Part shown: positions 52,700-64,000 of the stretch, in pieces
Layout: every line of letters starts with the position of its first letter
Numbering within the stretch: position 1 is the stretch's first letter
Assembly (NCBI RefSeq): GCF_018350175.1
Contig: NC_058368.1
Coordinates: 166,100,001-166,164,000 of the forward strand
Length of the DNA stretch: 64,000 nt
Direction of reading: 5' to 3'
Source of the DNA: Felis catus
Taxonomy: Eukaryota
Notes under the pieces: model-generated
What the model was told of the DNA's origin: nothing
Databases searched by the model: none
What the model saw: the letters and a program-made list of their open reading frames with translations, nothing else
Made by a program: the position numbers and the translations under genes

Positions 52700-53130
52700 C
52701 TATATCTTATGCTTTTCTTGGCTTATTCCACTCTAGCCATGGTAGTCTTTTTGCTGTTTTCTGAACAGCCAGAACCACTTAGTGCCTTTGCACTGACAAT
52801 TCCATTACCAGTAATGATCCTCCTGGCATTATCTTTCTGGTTTGCTCTCTCACTTCCTTCAAGTCAATGCTTAAATGTCCCCTTCTCATATGGATGACTT
52901 CAAAAGATTTATTTAAAACTTTATTCTCCCAGGCCCCAGACACTCCCTCATTTTGTTCTATATTCTTCTATATTTTGTAGCACTTGTAAATGTCATACAT
53001 TTTTATTGCTATTTTTATTCTTTATTTTGTATTCCCCAATTGAAAATTAGATGCACAAGGTCAGGAATTTTATATAGTTTTCTGTTAAATCCCGTATCCC
53101 TGGTACACAATAGATGTATTGAATAAATAC
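52700..53130 (+). mobile_element. LINE-2 3' fragment
   Basis: 'ccactctagccatggtagtctttttgctgttttctgaacagcc...gcctttgcact' and terminus 'cctggtacacaatagatgtattgaataaat'. Confidence 0.7.
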
Positions 53131-53810
53131 CATTTCAAGTGGACAGCAAAGTATGGTGCTAATTTTTTTTTAATCAAATAGATCTGGATGAGTCTTGGTG
53201 TCACCCTGGTGAGTCTGTGAGAAAGCAGCTTTATATCTTTTAGCTTTTGTTTCTGGTAAGTTATAGAAGGGTATTAATAAAGCCTACAGTTACTTAGGGT
53301 TCAGAAACAGAATGCTGTCTCTTTCCACACACCCCCTCCTCTCTCTTCCAACTTGTGTATAAAATTGATCTTCCTCAGACAAATCCTGAATTTTGTAGAG
53401 TATAACATGACAAGCACAAAAAGGCAGAGTCATTAACACTTGAAGAGAAAGAAAATTACTTAGATGAAGAGATTAAGCCAATCTAAATTACTAAATTCTG
53501 AGGAGAAAAAAAGATGAAAGTAAACAGAATAAATAGAGGGCAGTTCCAGGGAGAGAAATTAGGATGTTATCAGTGGATAAAAAGTTTCAGAGAAGTTCAA
53601 ATTGTGAAAATTAAGGTACTGAGAAATGATGCTGGAGGTTAAGAATTGCATTCTGTTTTTAATGTGCTTTAAGTAAGGACTGGATTGTCTTTTTCTTTGT
53701 AGCTATTTGAATTGAATGGTTTGAATGCCTACCAGGTAATAATGGACAGATACTAATTCCAAAATGCATGTGAGTTACATATATAAAACCTATATGAAAA
53801 GCCTAGTACA

Positions 53811-53940
53811 GCCTGTGCTGACAGCTCAGAGCCTGGAGCTTCCTTTGGATTCTGTGTCTTCCTCCCTCTCTGCCCCTCCCCGGCTCGCGCATGTGTGCGC
53901 ACTCTCTCTCAAAAATAAACACACATTAAAGAAAATTTTT
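53811..53940 (+). mobile_element. 5'-truncated Can-SINE (no Pol III A/B boxes)
   Basis: Starts mid-element at 'ctgtgctgacagctcagagcc'; TSD aaa(a/g)gc(c/t)tagtac (53797-53809, 53941-53953). Confidence 0.9.
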
Positions 53941-55419
53941 AAAGGCTTAGTACGTTGCATGGTCCACTATTACCATTCAATAAATTCTAGTTATTAATAG
54001 GGCAAAAAATATTCATAATCCACGGCAACTAGGGCACTGATTTAATCATTTAATGCTTATTAAATGCCTATTAGCTTCTGGTAACTATGCTTGTTAAGGA
54101 TGTACTAGAGAAAAAGAAATCTGTGTCTCCTGGACTCATGGATTTTATTTTCAATGTATTTAATTGAGGATTAATCAATGTCAGGGCAGACAGAGAGATA
54201 GGCCTCTGCCAAATTTTGTTTGTGAGTATACTATGGGTATATTCATTTTTTTTCCCTGGGAGTGGGACCCTAAATCTTTAAACAGATTCTCAGAGCAATG
54301 TGTTACCTTAATACCTAAAAATTCCCTGCCTGCCTCACTGAGAGAAGCCAAAACAAATTACAGTTAACTGAGGGATGATAAGAATGACAGATGAGGAAAT
54401 GAGCACCACAAGAAGCAAAAGAGAGTAAACAACAGCTGAGGAACATTCCGTTTGTTAGGCAGTCCATTAATTTTATATGAAAGACTGAGTAAGTTTAGAA
54501 GTTGAGGGGCAGCTCACTGTAGAGAGACGAGAGAGAGAACCACAGAGAAATAAAGAGAAAACTTTCAATGAATTAAAACCCCAGAGGAGGTAAGAAAAGG
54601 AACAATCATGAACTTAACTGGTTTTATCTAAGGGAAGAAACTCAACTGACATTTTGTAAAGAAAGTTCTTGAGTCTTTATTTGAATTACTTGTTTAGGAC
54701 TTTGGCAAAGAATTCACCTCTGTAACTTCAGAGACTTTCATCACTGAGTGTGAAATGCTTACTCTGGGTTACTAAAAGAGCAAAGCCAAACAAACAAAAA
54801 CAAACTACTAAATTTTCATCAAGTAGGAGTTCATCTTTAAATTAGTTTCCTATTCAGCAGGGGTCTTGCCCCTATAGACTATGGGGAGACAGGGAGATCC
54901 AGAACCAGAAGGCAGAACAAGGGAAAATTCACCAAAAGGACAGGGAGGGGTGGGGACTTAACAAGTGTTAGTTTGGTGTATCACCAAGAGCACTGGAGTT
55001 CCTGATTCAAAATGCAGTTCTGTGGAGACTAAGGAGAAACTCGTTCAAGACAGCTTGCCTGAATAACATAATGTTTACGCAGGCATCAGCACTTGTAGTC
55101 CTCAAGCAAGGGATTGTCTGCTTAGACAAGAAATTCTTTTACTCCCATTTTCTTCAGATGACCCGTAAAGGTGCAAAGTAAAATCAGTCTCTGAATATTG
55201 CCCAACAGAGGGCGCACTTGAATGATTCAGCTTTCCTGGAACACTGGCACAGTTGAAACTCCCTAGAGTTGATATTGCAACTGACAATTCCCAAGGGAAG
55301 TTTACAGCAAAAAGAGATACTGAGCAAGAAGACCTACTTGTCTGTGTACTGCTTTAGAAGATAATTTGTAATTGCATATTAATAAGTAAATTAAATAAAA
55401 GTCCTTTTGATCAGCTTCC

Positions 55420-55850
55420 CCAGCCCTATTGCCTTCCTTACTCCTCAGAGGAAAGTATTTTTCTAACTTGCTCCATTTTTTTTTTCTGTCCTTTTTGTTT
55501 TATGCATTTGGTTCATTAAGTACCTAAATCATAAATATTGTATTTTATGGCAGACTTTCATTGTAATTCTTAAATACTATGCTGAGCCCATCTATTTATT
55601 TAATGTAATAATCTGGGGATTTTTCCACAGACGCCCTTCCTTATCTGAGGAGCCTTGCCTTAGTATAGATATACATTACCATGGTTTATTTAGTCAGCTC
55701 CTTTGATGGATTTTTTAATTGGTTTGGTTTCTATTTGTTTGTTTTGGAGCTAAAGTAAACATTATTGTATAGGGCTCTTGGGGTATGTTAGAGGTCACTC
55801 TCTTAGCCTTTTCAGAAAACACAGAAATGATTTTGCACCCTTATGACTGA
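55420..55850 (-). mobile_element. Ancient L1ME-type 3' fragment
   Basis: 'tagtatagatatac..taccatggtttatttagtcagctcctttgatggatttt' resembles antisense L1ME 3' UTR. Confidence 0.5.
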
Positions 55851-56013
55851 AGTATTTGCACTAACTGAAACTGCCAGTGGCTTTTTTCTGTAGATCAAAA
55901 CTTGGGCAGAGCCAAAGATGAGGATTCACAAAATCAGATATTAAAAAGAAAATGTCAAAGTCATAAAGAAAAAGAGGGCACATGCCACATAGTAACTTCA
56001 ACTGACAGACTAA

Positions 56014-56015
<2 letters not shown>

Positions 56016-56080
<65 letters not shown>
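56016..56080. repeat. (TG)n microsatellite
   Basis: About 32 units with one TA interruption. Confidence 0.97.
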
Positions 56081-56083
<3 letters not shown>

Positions 56084-57234
56084 CTGGAGACCTTTCTTGA
56101 AACTCCTAGTAACTGAGAATGTGTTAACAGAAGTTAATTTGTGTCAGTGAAGCTGGTGGGGCTTGTTTCACTCAGAATTAGTATAAAAAGAAAGTATAAA
56201 AATTAGAAGGAAAAAAAGGTGACCTGTGGCTGGCAAAGCCTGAGACATGTGCAACTACTTTACTTTAGGAAAATTGATAGATATTGAGAAGATGGTTTAG
56301 GACTAAAAGCACAAACCAAGAAAGGTTAAAATTCCCAACAAGTACTTAAGACTTAAACTCTTTTTTTTTTCACATGCAAAATGAAGGGTTTGATGAAAAT
56401 TATAGTATCCTCCTAACTCTATGCTTTCTAAATAAATTTTATCAAATTCTTATTTTCTTTAAAATAGCAATACTAAAACCTCAGATTTAAATTTGATATT
56501 CAATAATTTTATAACCCTTTAGGAAAAGAAGCAGTTAGGAAAATAAGATGAGAATTATAGACATTCATTACAGGTTATCTGGCAGTGACCTAATCAGGAC
56601 TGGGAACTTGTCATTCCTCCTTTCAGGGGAAGGGATCTGCCCACATTCAATTTGTCCACAGGAGCTGAAGACCCCTAATGTCTGCTAGTATCAGGCAGAC
56701 AGCATTTCCCTGCAGTGTCCTCAAAACTGGCAACTAGGCTAAGCTTCATTAATGCTTGAGCCCAAAATATTTATTCTCTGAAGACAAAACCCATAAAAAA
56801 GTGAGAGCAATACAAGAGGGTCCCATTGCTAGGATACAGTCCCATATAAAGTCCCACATAGTATGTTTATCTCTGCAGTCAACAGTGAATGCCACTCCAT
56901 ACATAATTTGCCACCAGTCGAACCTTCTGCCTGGCCCTATACCAAATAACCTGTCCTAGTATTCACAGCAATATATTAAAGTTGCCCTCAGAAATTATTA
57001 CTGACACTAGCCTCCCATTTACCTTCTACTTTTGGAGACTATTAATCACTTTTTACTTTCATACAAATTTCTAAATTCTAACATACATAGGACTATCAAA
57101 ATATTTGTATAATGCCTTTTCTAATGAATTTTTCATTCATATTCAATATTCATCAGGCCATCTATAATTGTTTTAACTCAGTAAGCCACCAAAAAGAACC
57201 TGGAACTTGCTTTCATGGTAAAATATTTTACATA

Positions 57235-57368
57235 TTATATGTGTGTGGGTATACATATATATACACACACATACACATATATATGTATATATATACATAT
57301 ATAGAGACATATATAGACATATATATATACGTATATGTATGTGTATGTGTGTCTATATATATATATAT
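57235..57368. repeat. (TA)/(CA)/(TG) compound low-complexity repeat
   Basis: Visible alternating purine-pyrimidine tract. Confidence 0.9.
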
Positions 57369-58784
57369 CAAATAAGCCAAGAAAGCAAGGGAATTGCCAC
57401 ATACTTTAGGTACATGGGTGTATGTATATGGTGAATGATGTAGTGGTCTGTTTGGGAAGGAGAGAGCTGTTTGGGAAGGAGAGGTATGAATGAAAAGCTA
57501 TAAGAAAAAGTTTAAATTATTCATATATTTAAAACTTTACTGTATCTTCCAGCTCTTTGATGATTGCTACATTATGCGAAAGCACTATAGTCTTGAAAAT
57601 GAACAGCCTTTGAGCCAGTTTATAAATTGCATACATTGAAGCCAACACCAATTACAAAGAGAACAGACTACTCTGTCTTTCTCCTCTGTCCTGCTTTTAC
57701 TTAAATAGTCATTCAGGTGGAAAAATGCCAGCCTTCCTGCCCTGGGGCTTGTTGAGTTCACTCACAGATGTCTGGCTCAGATTACTAGCGCATACAATGG
57801 CACTGATGCCAGGCTGAGCCTGGGAATTTCCTTGACCTCACAGTGAAACATAAGTTTGAATGATCACATGAACGAGGTCTAGGATGGCTTTCGCTAATTT
57901 TAAAGCAGATCTTCTTACCTTCCATAAAAGGAATCTTTCTTAAAAAAAAGAAAAAATCTACTCATCACTGTAGCACACTTTGGTAAGGGGAAAAATACAA
58001 AAGGGTGGTGGCAGAATGACTTGTAATGGCAATAGGCAGAACACTCTATTAATGTGACATTGATGGAGAATGATCTGTACACATATGTTAATTTTACAGA
58101 TAATAGAAGCCTAACTTTTCAAGCACTGAAAGTAACCATTTTAATAGAAATATTTCTAAAACATATTACACACATTTATGCTTTCTAAAGCAGAATGAAT
58201 TTAATATAATTTTACCCTTCCATTAAAGCTCAAAGTGTCTATCTACATGAATGCCAATCTATTCTGTAATATGACAGTGGATGGGATCAGTGTGTCTTGG
58301 GGAGCTATAGAATAGGTCACACTCAAGTGTTTTTCCGTTTTTCTGTATCCTCAACCTGTCAGCTGTAACTTTTACTATTATCTATGTGCCTAACTAACAG
58401 TCTGCAAGCTTGAGTCTAATTTGCTTTTTCCATTTTTCCTGAATCTTGGAAAATGAGATAACTAGCCTTATTAGAAAAGATTAGGAGTTACAAAGATATC
58501 TTACGAAAGTCCAATATTTCTTTAAAGGAACATTGTGCATTACATATTCACTCATAGATTCACATAACACATGCTTATTGGGTTCTTCCCACCTTCCAGA
58601 TGTGAAAGATACAATGAGGAAAATGACATTGTATCATACAATGCGGAAATGTCCCCAAGAAAGGGGAACCTGGACTAATAAAATTAAAGGAAAGAAAATA
58701 TAAAATTTCAATCATTAAGGATATATTTATGGGTCAAAAACTTCAGATGAAATCGCAAAAACCTGTAAATAAACATAAAGTAGT

Positions 58785-58885
58785 ATTTTTCTATTTAACA
58801 GATGAAGGGAATAAAACTTTAAATAACTGGACAGTGTCATAAATGACAGAGCCAACATTTGAAACTTTGTCTCTCTGAACTTAAA
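58785..58885 (-). mobile_element. MIR fragment
   Basis: 'ctatttaacagatgaagg...aaatgacagagccaacatttgaaac..tgtctctctga'. Confidence 0.6.
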
Positions 58886-58900
58886 ACCCATGAACTTTCT

Positions 58901-59060
58901 AGGGCGCCTGGGGCCTCAGTTGGTTAAGCATCTGACTTTGGCTCAGGTCATGATCTCATGGTCCGTGAGTTCGAGTCCCCCATCGGCTCTGTGCTGACAG
59001 CTCAGAGCCTGGAGTATGCTTCGGATTCTCCCTCTCTCCCTCCCTCCCTCCCTCTCTCCT

Positions 59061-59122
<62 letters not shown>

Positions 59123-59179
59123 CCACCCCTGCTCATGCTCTTTCTCTGTCTCTCAAAAATAAACGTTAAAAAAAAAAAA
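58901..59179 (+). mobile_element. Can-SINE with expanded (CT)n tract
   Basis: Head, B box GAGTTCGAGTCC, ~90-nt CT tract, tail; degenerate TSD aac..atgaactttc. Confidence 0.95.
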
Positions 59180-60155
59180 CAACTTATGAACTTTCCATTA
59201 TCCTATGCCCTCTCCCTAAGTGCCGTTTCTCTTCCTATTTCTCCCTACCTCCCTTCTAATAACACACAAAAGACTGTAAAGAATGGTACCAAAGTGATGA
59301 AATAATTTACCCAAAGCAGCAATGCTTCTGGTAGTCTCCTTTCCCTTACAGTACTATGCTGATTTGCCCTCACTTATAAATCTAAGCTCTTATTCAATGA
59401 CTTTTTCTTCCCCATCTGGGGTTGTTCATACCTAAATTGTATAGAATTAAGACAGAAAACTGAAATTAGGATAAGTGAGATGGCATTAGCTTCTGTGGGG
59501 CAATGTTCTTCCCAATTGGTTGATATTTTATTAACTTCAGGAAGGCTGAAAAAGAACAAGCATACAATGGCAATGTGGTAAACAGAAGGAAAGCAGCAGC
59601 GTCAATAAATACCAGGTACAATGTACATGCAATCAAGCTTGTAGAGGACCTGGATGGAGCCATATGGATGTTGAGGAGTTAGCTCTAAGCAGCATGTTCT
59701 GTGGAGCTTCCTGTGGTGAGCCACTCAGCCCAGGGAATAAAAGGTAAAGCAATTTGGAGAGAGAAGAACCCTAATGTCAGGGGCAACTACCTATATTAAA
59801 TAAAATAGGTGCTAAATCTAGGGATACAGAAAAAAAACTAGCAACTGAGAATAGATATTTTGGGCTATGAAACATGCTTCTGTGTGCATTGTGTTTCCAT
59901 TATTCTCCAGGATTAGTTTGCTCACCTTCTTTTTTATAGTAAATGTTGTTTTTTTCTTATTAAAACATTAAGAATAATATTCAAAAACTGATTTATAACA
60001 TTTGTACATGAAACACAACCAAATCTGGGCTTTTCCTATATCAATTCAAAACATGCTCTAGAGTAATTTATGCTTCAAAAAGCAAAGCAAATTACCTGGC
60101 ATATAAACCATTAAGATTTACCTAATGGTTATGCCTTCAAGATTAGAGCAAGTAA

Positions 60156-60370
60156 GGGGCGCCTGGGTGGCTCAGTCGGTTAAGCGTCCGACTTCAGCTC
60201 AGGTCATGATCTCACGGTCCGTGAGTTCGAGCCCCGCATCGGGCTCTGGGCTGATGGCTCAGAGCCTGGAGCCTGTTTCCGATTCTGTGTCTCCCTCTCT
60301 CTCTGCCCCTCCCCCGTTCATGCTCTGTCTCTGTCTCAAAAATAAATAAACGTTAAAAAAAATTTAAAAA
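60156..60370 (+). mobile_element. Can-SINE, felid (young)
   Basis: CpG-rich, intact boxes; perfect 17-bp TSD aagattagagcaagtaa (60139-60155, 60371-60387). Confidence 0.97.
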
Positions 60371-62959
60371 AAGATTAGAGCAAGTAATACATGCAAACCT
60401 GAGCTCAACATTTGGAGCATCAAGAATCTTCTAGAATTTCCTTCAACTCTCTTTATGTTTAGTAGAAACAGTCTCTCTGGATCTGACATTCAAAAAAGTG
60501 GATAGGATCCCAGTATAAAAGCCAACAAATTAGAGAACAATAAGGTAGCCAGTTAACACTAAGTGGTTGCTAAGATTTGCCTGAAGTCAAGTGATCTTCA
60601 GGGACTCTTCATTTCTTGTCAGGTTAAGATGAGACACCACCTATCACCATCATCCAACCTAAACACAGGCTGTGATAGCCATGGTTGTTAGGAGACACTG
60701 TGCAATCACAGAAAACAACACCAAGATTTGATAATTACCTATTGTTCTGTTCACATTTATTTCAAAGAAAACAAAGTTCTTTAGAGCACAGCCAATGAAC
60801 ATTGCTCACGAAAACAAGAGAAATGAGATATTAATCAAACATATTCTAATGCCTCTAGTGAAAGAATGATATGAATAATAAAGTGATTAATAGGAGACAA
60901 CAAACCTTTGAGTCCCTGTCAGCATTTGTATGCAGCATGCTTGAATAATTTAATGAATTAATATATCCTCCATGAAAGCCTGGAAGCCAGAATTATCTTC
61001 AGCAGGGTCACACCTTATTTTCAAGAGTTTCTGAGCTCTGTGCTAATTCGCCGAATTGGTATGCGAACCAGAATTGTTGATTTAATATTCATTGCAGAAC
61101 TGAAGTCTAAACACTAAAACATATCACAACCTAGTGGACTTTTAGTGAAGCACTAGACAATGTCAGTTTTGATTGAGTTCTTCTTCTATCAGAGGCAATT
61201 TAGCACATGCCACCTCACTTCAACAACAACAACAAAATCCTTGTCACCCTGACTGTAATGAAATCTTAGAAGAAAAGCTGTACAAAGAAAACAGAAGATA
61301 ATACAAAACAAGTTTATCAGAGAAACGTCAAGGAGGCAACCATGATTGTGAAAGGACATTCTTCTTCTTCTACATAATCTTTGAGCCACACAGAACTTAC
61401 TGCCAAAAAAGATAACTTAATAACAATGAATCAGGTTGCTTCCTTGCAAGAGATATGCCAGTATTAAAATAGTGTCTGGCAGCCAACTACCAAAAACATG
61501 GCAGCACATTAAATCTGGCCATAAAAACAGGAAATGGTCTTAGAAAGACATTTAGGGAAACAAGCTACAGCATCTAAAGTATCCTATGTTAAAACAAGTA
61601 TGTGAGTGGGCTTGGCAAGGGAGTCTAATCGTCTCCTGTGAAGGCAACCAGCTTTGACCAGGACCTATCGGAAGGAATTAGATATAAAGGAAGGCTGGGA
61701 TTTCATCATCCAGGTTCTCTTTGCTTCTTCAGAAGTTCCTCTTTTAAAACTTTTCATTAATTACCTTCTACTTCTTGTTAAGTTTTGGTAACTCTGGTTG
61801 TTACAGAAGAGTAGGTCTGAGTCCTGGTCTAGTCTTTCTGTAATAGTCCCTGATCCTTAATAAGAACAAATTTTCTCTCCATTCCCACAGTTTACAGGCC
61901 ATGAATATACACTGATATAGAAGGATGCCCTCTGTAGCTGAATGGTAGGAAAAGAAAAAGAGAAAAACACAAAGAGGAAAACTTTCTACCATAGATTCCC
62001 CATGCTGGCTCTTTCTGAGATCTTTGATAGCTTCCAACTGGTTTGGAAGCTGAAGACAAGACCTGGCCAGCTCATGAGAATCTCTGCCGACTTTGCAAAG
62101 ACATTTTTTGGTGGGAAATATTGGGAACTTAGAGGGTACCCCTATTTCCCATGCCCTCTTTGCACTAACAGGAATTCTACATACTCCCTCCCCTCAAAAC
62201 AGTATCCCTTAGAGCTCTCTGAAAAGGTGTTCATTCCTTCCCTCATGCATCAGTCAGGCTGCACTTCCATGTCCCCGCTGACAATCCACCATCTCCTACC
62301 AACAAACAAATCTTCCCCGACTGAATCTCATATGATTTTAGAGCACTATTCAAACCCCTACTTATGACTATAACCTCTAGATGATATATTAACAAACACC
62401 TGGTTTACAATTTCCCTTCCCTCTGAATCCAACTTTTGGCACCATCGGAGATTTCTCCACTGTTGTGTGGGAGCCGGATTTCACAGTAACGTTCCATTCT
62501 CCAGTCTACTCCAGTCACCTTTCGTGATTTCAACCTGGACCTTTCCTAGTCCAGGAGACATGGAAGTTACAGCTTTCTATTTCAGGAAGACAGAAGTCAA
62601 ACTACAGAAGAGAGGATAAAAGAAAGGATTTGTTAAGACTGATAGGATAATATGGAATTTGAAAGAAGAAGTGACAGTAACTAATCAGGTACATATCCAG
62701 TGGCAGAGTCAGTCAGATTAGAAGAGAGTGTAAAAAAGTGAGGATCAGGGATTGGAGGTACTAAAGAAATGGAGAACAGAGGTAGAAAAAGTAAGCATGT
62801 GGGAGGAATAAAAAAACAGCGAATTGTGGTCAGGGATTCATAGGTAAAGACAAAATTAAAAACACCAGGAAATAATTTTTATTTCAAGTCTCTTTAATTG
62901 CATCTACTTGTCACTGTATTTGATATGCTGACAAAAGGTGTTCTTTTTATGATAATCAC

Positions 62960-63500
62960 TCTACTCTACAGTCTCCCCAGAAATACAGTCAAGTATTCAA
63001 GCTTTATTTTTCTTTAAATTTCTTTATTCTTTTCTGGTGGTATCTCTACCCTCAAGCCACCATCTACCTCAAAATTTCTTATAATTATCAAGTTTAAAAA
63101 TAGTTTCTTTCCTCTTCTATCCAAACTCAACAAAAGAGTATGTTTCATCTTCACCTAATATTTCCTCTTCCCCAACAGCCACTGAAAATGCTCTTCCTCA
63201 AAGTATCCAATGACCTCTTGTATTATTTTAATTCATCACTTTTGTTTGTCATTCTCATCCCCAAGGTCACTCCTCCCAACTCTTCTGAGAATTTCTTGTC
63301 AGCATCCTTTGCTGGTTGATATCACAACTTGAGCAATAACCTCATATGAAATACGAGAGTTGTGGGGTATTTTTTCCTCTTTCCTATCTCTCCCACTCAA
63401 CTGTGTAACTTTGAAGTAATGTCGTATTTATTCTTGTATCCCTTTGTAAAATGCCCCAAGTGCCTTAAAGCTTAGCAAAAAAAATTGCCTAATGAATATT
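62960..63500 (+). mobile_element. LINE-2 fragments
   Basis: 'ccactgaaaatgctcttcctcaaagtatccaatgacctc' and 'cccactcaactgtgtaactttgaag...ttattcttgtatcc' are L2-like. Confidence 0.55.
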
Positions 63501-64000
63501 TCATTAATTTCTAATTAATTTTAACCCTGTTACTTACATATATTTCCAGACATTTCACTCAAACACTAATGAAATTGCATGACCTTATTTATGCAATAGA
63601 AATCTGCCATGCGCATTCTAGAGGAAAGTTTTTTTTTTTCTTTTTCCAGAGCTCATATCAATAACCTCTGTGAAGAATTTCTTGCTATTTTTACAAAGTT
63701 TTAGAAAATGTTGAAAATGTACAAATAAAACATGTAAAGCTACTAAATCTACCTGTCCAAAGGTAACCACTAATCTGACCGTAAACACATACATTAGTTT
63801 TGGTTGTGCAGAATATTAGGTAGATCATATGGATATATGTTAAACTTTATAGACTAATGATAAAAAACAAAACAAATAGCAAATAAATGTGCAATTAGAA
63901 TAAAAATTACACAATAAAAATTTTAAAGATCTACTTGGAATTTAATATATATATATAAATGTGCATTTAATATTTAAATGTATTTATAAATTTATATATA

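Noticed and set aside
59541..59682. AG-preceded frame KAEKEQAYNGNVVNRRKAAASINTRYNVHAIKLVEDLDGAIWMLRS*
   Set aside because: Not recognised; such lengths arise by chance and no partner exons are evident.
1480..61405. Isolated strong splice-donor motifs (e.g. minus strand near 1486, 2418, 48237, 61400)
   Set aside because: Such hexamers occur many times by chance in 64 kb and do not assemble into a coherent gene model.
61942..62367. 141-aa plus-strand ORF and nearby PBS-like TGGTGCCAAAAG (minus strand, ~62433-62444)
   Set aside because: No recognisable gag/pol/env or cellular motifs, and no adjacent LTR end that I can define.
1..64000. ORF-track entries as cellular genes
   Set aside because: All are short; many start at non-ATG codons or derive from SINEs, microsatellites, L1 or L2. 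Only 30300-30662 and part of 32248-32739 resemble a known protein, LINE-1 ORF2.
1..64000. CRISPR array, operon or other prokaryotic system
   Set aside because: The sequence is clearly mammalian; no regularly spaced repeat-spacer structure or dense ORFs.

Overview
AT-rich, CpG-poor mammalian genomic DNA from a carnivoran, very likely a felid: it carries 20 tRNA-derived Can-SINEs, several of the cat-specific SINEC_Fc type, plus a cat-type L1 3' end. I cannot support any cellular protein-coding exon, tRNA or rRNA gene. The only recognisable protein sequence is LINE-1 ORF2. The window reads as a gene desert or large intron, layered with L2, MIR, old L1, LTR elements (MER31-like, LTR33-like, LTR16-like, MLT1, MER76-like, a carnivore ERV1 solo LTR), a MER45-like hAT transposon and microsatellites. 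Islands of unique, enhancer-like sequence lie between them. The three most notable observations: (1) two inverted homologous ~100-bp unique segments 4.5 kb apart (43506-43605 and 48052-48159) with a 25/26-nt core carrying T-box/E-box/TALE-type motifs; (2) a ~310-bp antisense L2-derived fragment inserted into a younger L1 with a 12-bp TSD and A-rich end, probably a retrocopied transcript or orphan transduction; (3) a young 5'-inverted (twin-primed) L1 with a tiny inverted RT fragment and a large internal deletion. Repeat family names come from recall of consensus sequences, not database searches. I see no evidence of a wholly new biological system.
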